This document shows, piece after piece, positions 33,710-35,142 of a stretch of 35,142 nt of DNA. The position numbers and the translations under genes are program-made. The number at the start of each line of letters is the position of its first letter. Positions within the stretch are counted from its first letter, which is position 1. The notes beneath the pieces are model-generated. The model had not been told where the DNA came from. It ran no database searches and was given only the letters and a program-made list of their open reading frames with translations. Source of the DNA: a virus (Duplodnaviria; Caudoviricetes); IMG/VR virus record IMGVR_UViG_3300032320_001130, positions 1-35,142 of that record; one strand, 5' to 3'.

Positions 33710-35142
33710 ATGACATATAAAAAGCGTTTTTCCGGACCCAATACAACTGGTCAACTTAGTCCCATTTCAGGTAACAATAGTAACCAAGGCGCCTGGAACA
33801 ACGATCCAATACCGTATAATCCAAAGTCTGCAAGTGCATACTATAGCAACGATCAATTTGGTTATAAGAACTATCAAAGTCGATTACCGGAAGTATATAC
33901 GGGTCACCCAAATCGTATTGAACGATATAATCAATATGAAATGATGGATGTAGATGCTGAAATTAATGCATGTTTAGATATCATTGCTGAGTTTAGTACA
34001 CAGAAAAACGAGCAAAATAGTACCCCATTTGAGATAGAATTTCACGAAGATCCTACTCCACACGAAATAGAATTAGTAAAGAAACAATTACAACAATGGT
34101 GTAAATTGAATGAATTTGATACTAGAACATTCAAAATATTCCGTAATAGTATAAAATACGGAGATCAGGTTTTCATCCGTGACCCTGAAAACTTCAAGTT
34201 ATATTGGGTTGATATGACTAAAGTAACAAAAGTTATTGTTAACGAAAGCGAAGGCAAGAAACCTGAGCAGTATGTTATTAAAGATATTAATCTTAACTTG
34301 CAAAATTTAACTATTGCTGAAAAAATATCAACTGACTTTGCCGCAAGTCCAAGTACAGGTTTTGGTGGCACCGGTGGTGGTGGTAGTTCTGGTGGCTATA
34401 CAGTACCAAGCATGCCACAAGGTACTGCTGGTAGTCGTTTTACATTAGGTTTAAATGAAGCCGCTATTGAGGCTAAACATATAGTACATTTAAGTTTGAC
34501 AGAAGGTTTAGATAGATTTTGGCCTTTTGGACAAAGTATCTTAGAAAATATTTTCAAAGTATATAAGCAAAAAGAATTATTAGAAGATGCTATTCTTATC
34601 TATCGTGTGCAACGTGCTCCGGAGCGTAGAGTATTCAAAATTGACGTTGGTAATATGCCAAGTCATATGGCTATGGCTTTCGTTGATAGAGTTAAAAATG
34701 AGATTCACCAAAGACGTATACCAAGTGTAGGTGGTGGCTCAAGTATTATGGATGCAACATATAACCCATTATCAATGAATGAAGATTATTTCTTCCCAGT
34801 TACAGCAGATGGCCGTGGTAGTGATGTTACTACATTGCCCGGTGGTGATAATTTAGGTCAGATTGATGATTTGCGTTACTTCAACAACAGATTAGCACGT
34901 GGATTACGAGTACCAAGTTCATACTTACCACAAGGTCCAGAAGATAGTCCAACTCCATTAGCAGATGGTAGGGTTGGAACAGCTATGATTCAAGAGTTTC
35001 GCTTCAATCAATACTGTGAACGATTACAAAAGTATATTAGTCAAAAATTAAATGACGAATTCAAGTTGTTTATGCGTTGGAGAGGATTGAATATTGATAG
35101 TAGTTTGTTTGATATCAAATTCAATGCACCGCAAAACTTTGC
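33710..35142 (+). CDS. gp20: Portal vertex protein, T4 gp20-like, 3'-partial
   Basis: Manual translation MTYKKRF...; LEDAILIYRVQRAPERRVFKIDVGNMP; MNEDYFFP; TLPGGDNLGQIDDLRYF; LRVPSSYL. Runs off the right edge, so it is absent from the ORF track. Confidence 0.93.
   Translation, partial: MTYKKRFSGPNTTGQLSPISGNNSNQGAWNNDPIPYNPKSASAYYSNDQFGYKNYQSRLPEVYTGHPNRIERYNQYEMMDVDAEINACLDIIAEFSTQKNEQNSTPFEIEFHEDPTPHEIELVKKQLQQWCKLNEFDTRTFKIFRNSIKYGDQVFIRDPENFKLYWVDMTKVTKVIVNESEGKKPEQYVIKDINLNLQNLTIAEKISTDFAASPSTGFGGTGGGGSSGGYTVPSMPQGTAGSRFTLGLNEAAIEAKHIVHLSLTEGLDRFWPFGQSILENIFKVYKQKELLEDAILIYRVQRAPERRVFKIDVGNMPSHMAMAFVDRVKNEIHQRRIPSVGGGSSIMDATYNPLSMNEDYFFPVTADGRGSDVTTLPGGDNLGQIDDLRYFNNRLARGLRVPSSYLPQGPEDSPTPLADGRVGTAMIQEFRFNQYCERLQKYISQKLNDEFKLFMRWRGLNIDSSLFDIKFNAPQNF

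Noticed and set aside
25569-34371. Short antisense ORFs over gp47, gp46, gp26-like, tape measure and portal (25569, 26095, 26392, 28585, 31011, 31429, 31530, 32430, 33262, 34165)
   Set aside because: They overlap well-supported genes on the opposite strand and have no independent evidence.
34340-34400. GGT-rich tract in the portal gene
   Set aside because: Simply encodes a Gly/Ser linker (GFGGTGGGGSSGG); not a separate repeat element.
1-35142. CRISPR array, tRNA genes, inteins, transposons or stop-codon reassignment
   Set aside because: No regularly spaced repeats, cloverleafs, intein motifs or transposase seen; genes are full length and tightly packed under the standard code.

Overview
AT-rich 35 kb segment of a large T4-superfamily (contractile-tailed) bacteriophage genome in the standard genetic code. 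The left two-thirds is a minus-strand baseplate operon: tail-tube-initiator-like protein, gp53-like, hub protein with a permuted LysM, gp5/VgrG-like spike, gp25, gp6, and a giant wedge/fibre ORF of more than 4,599 codons that runs off the left edge and is absent from the ORF track. Next is a plus-strand block: gp55 late sigma factor, gp47/gp46 (Mre11/Rad50-like), a start-less HTH remnant and a PD-(D/E)XK resolvase-like nuclease. The nuclease stop codon lies in the first hairpin of an unannotated ~360-nt multi-stem structured element, which is followed by ssDNA-type GNA-triloop hairpins. The right end has a minus-strand gp26-like gene ending in a U_UUU_UUC slippery site plus stem-loop that opens into a hidden 76-codon -1 frame (G/GT-chaperone-like), a divergent tape measure protein with an M15 peptidase, and the partial portal gene gp20. 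All calls come from motif recognition by eye; no searches or folding programs were run.
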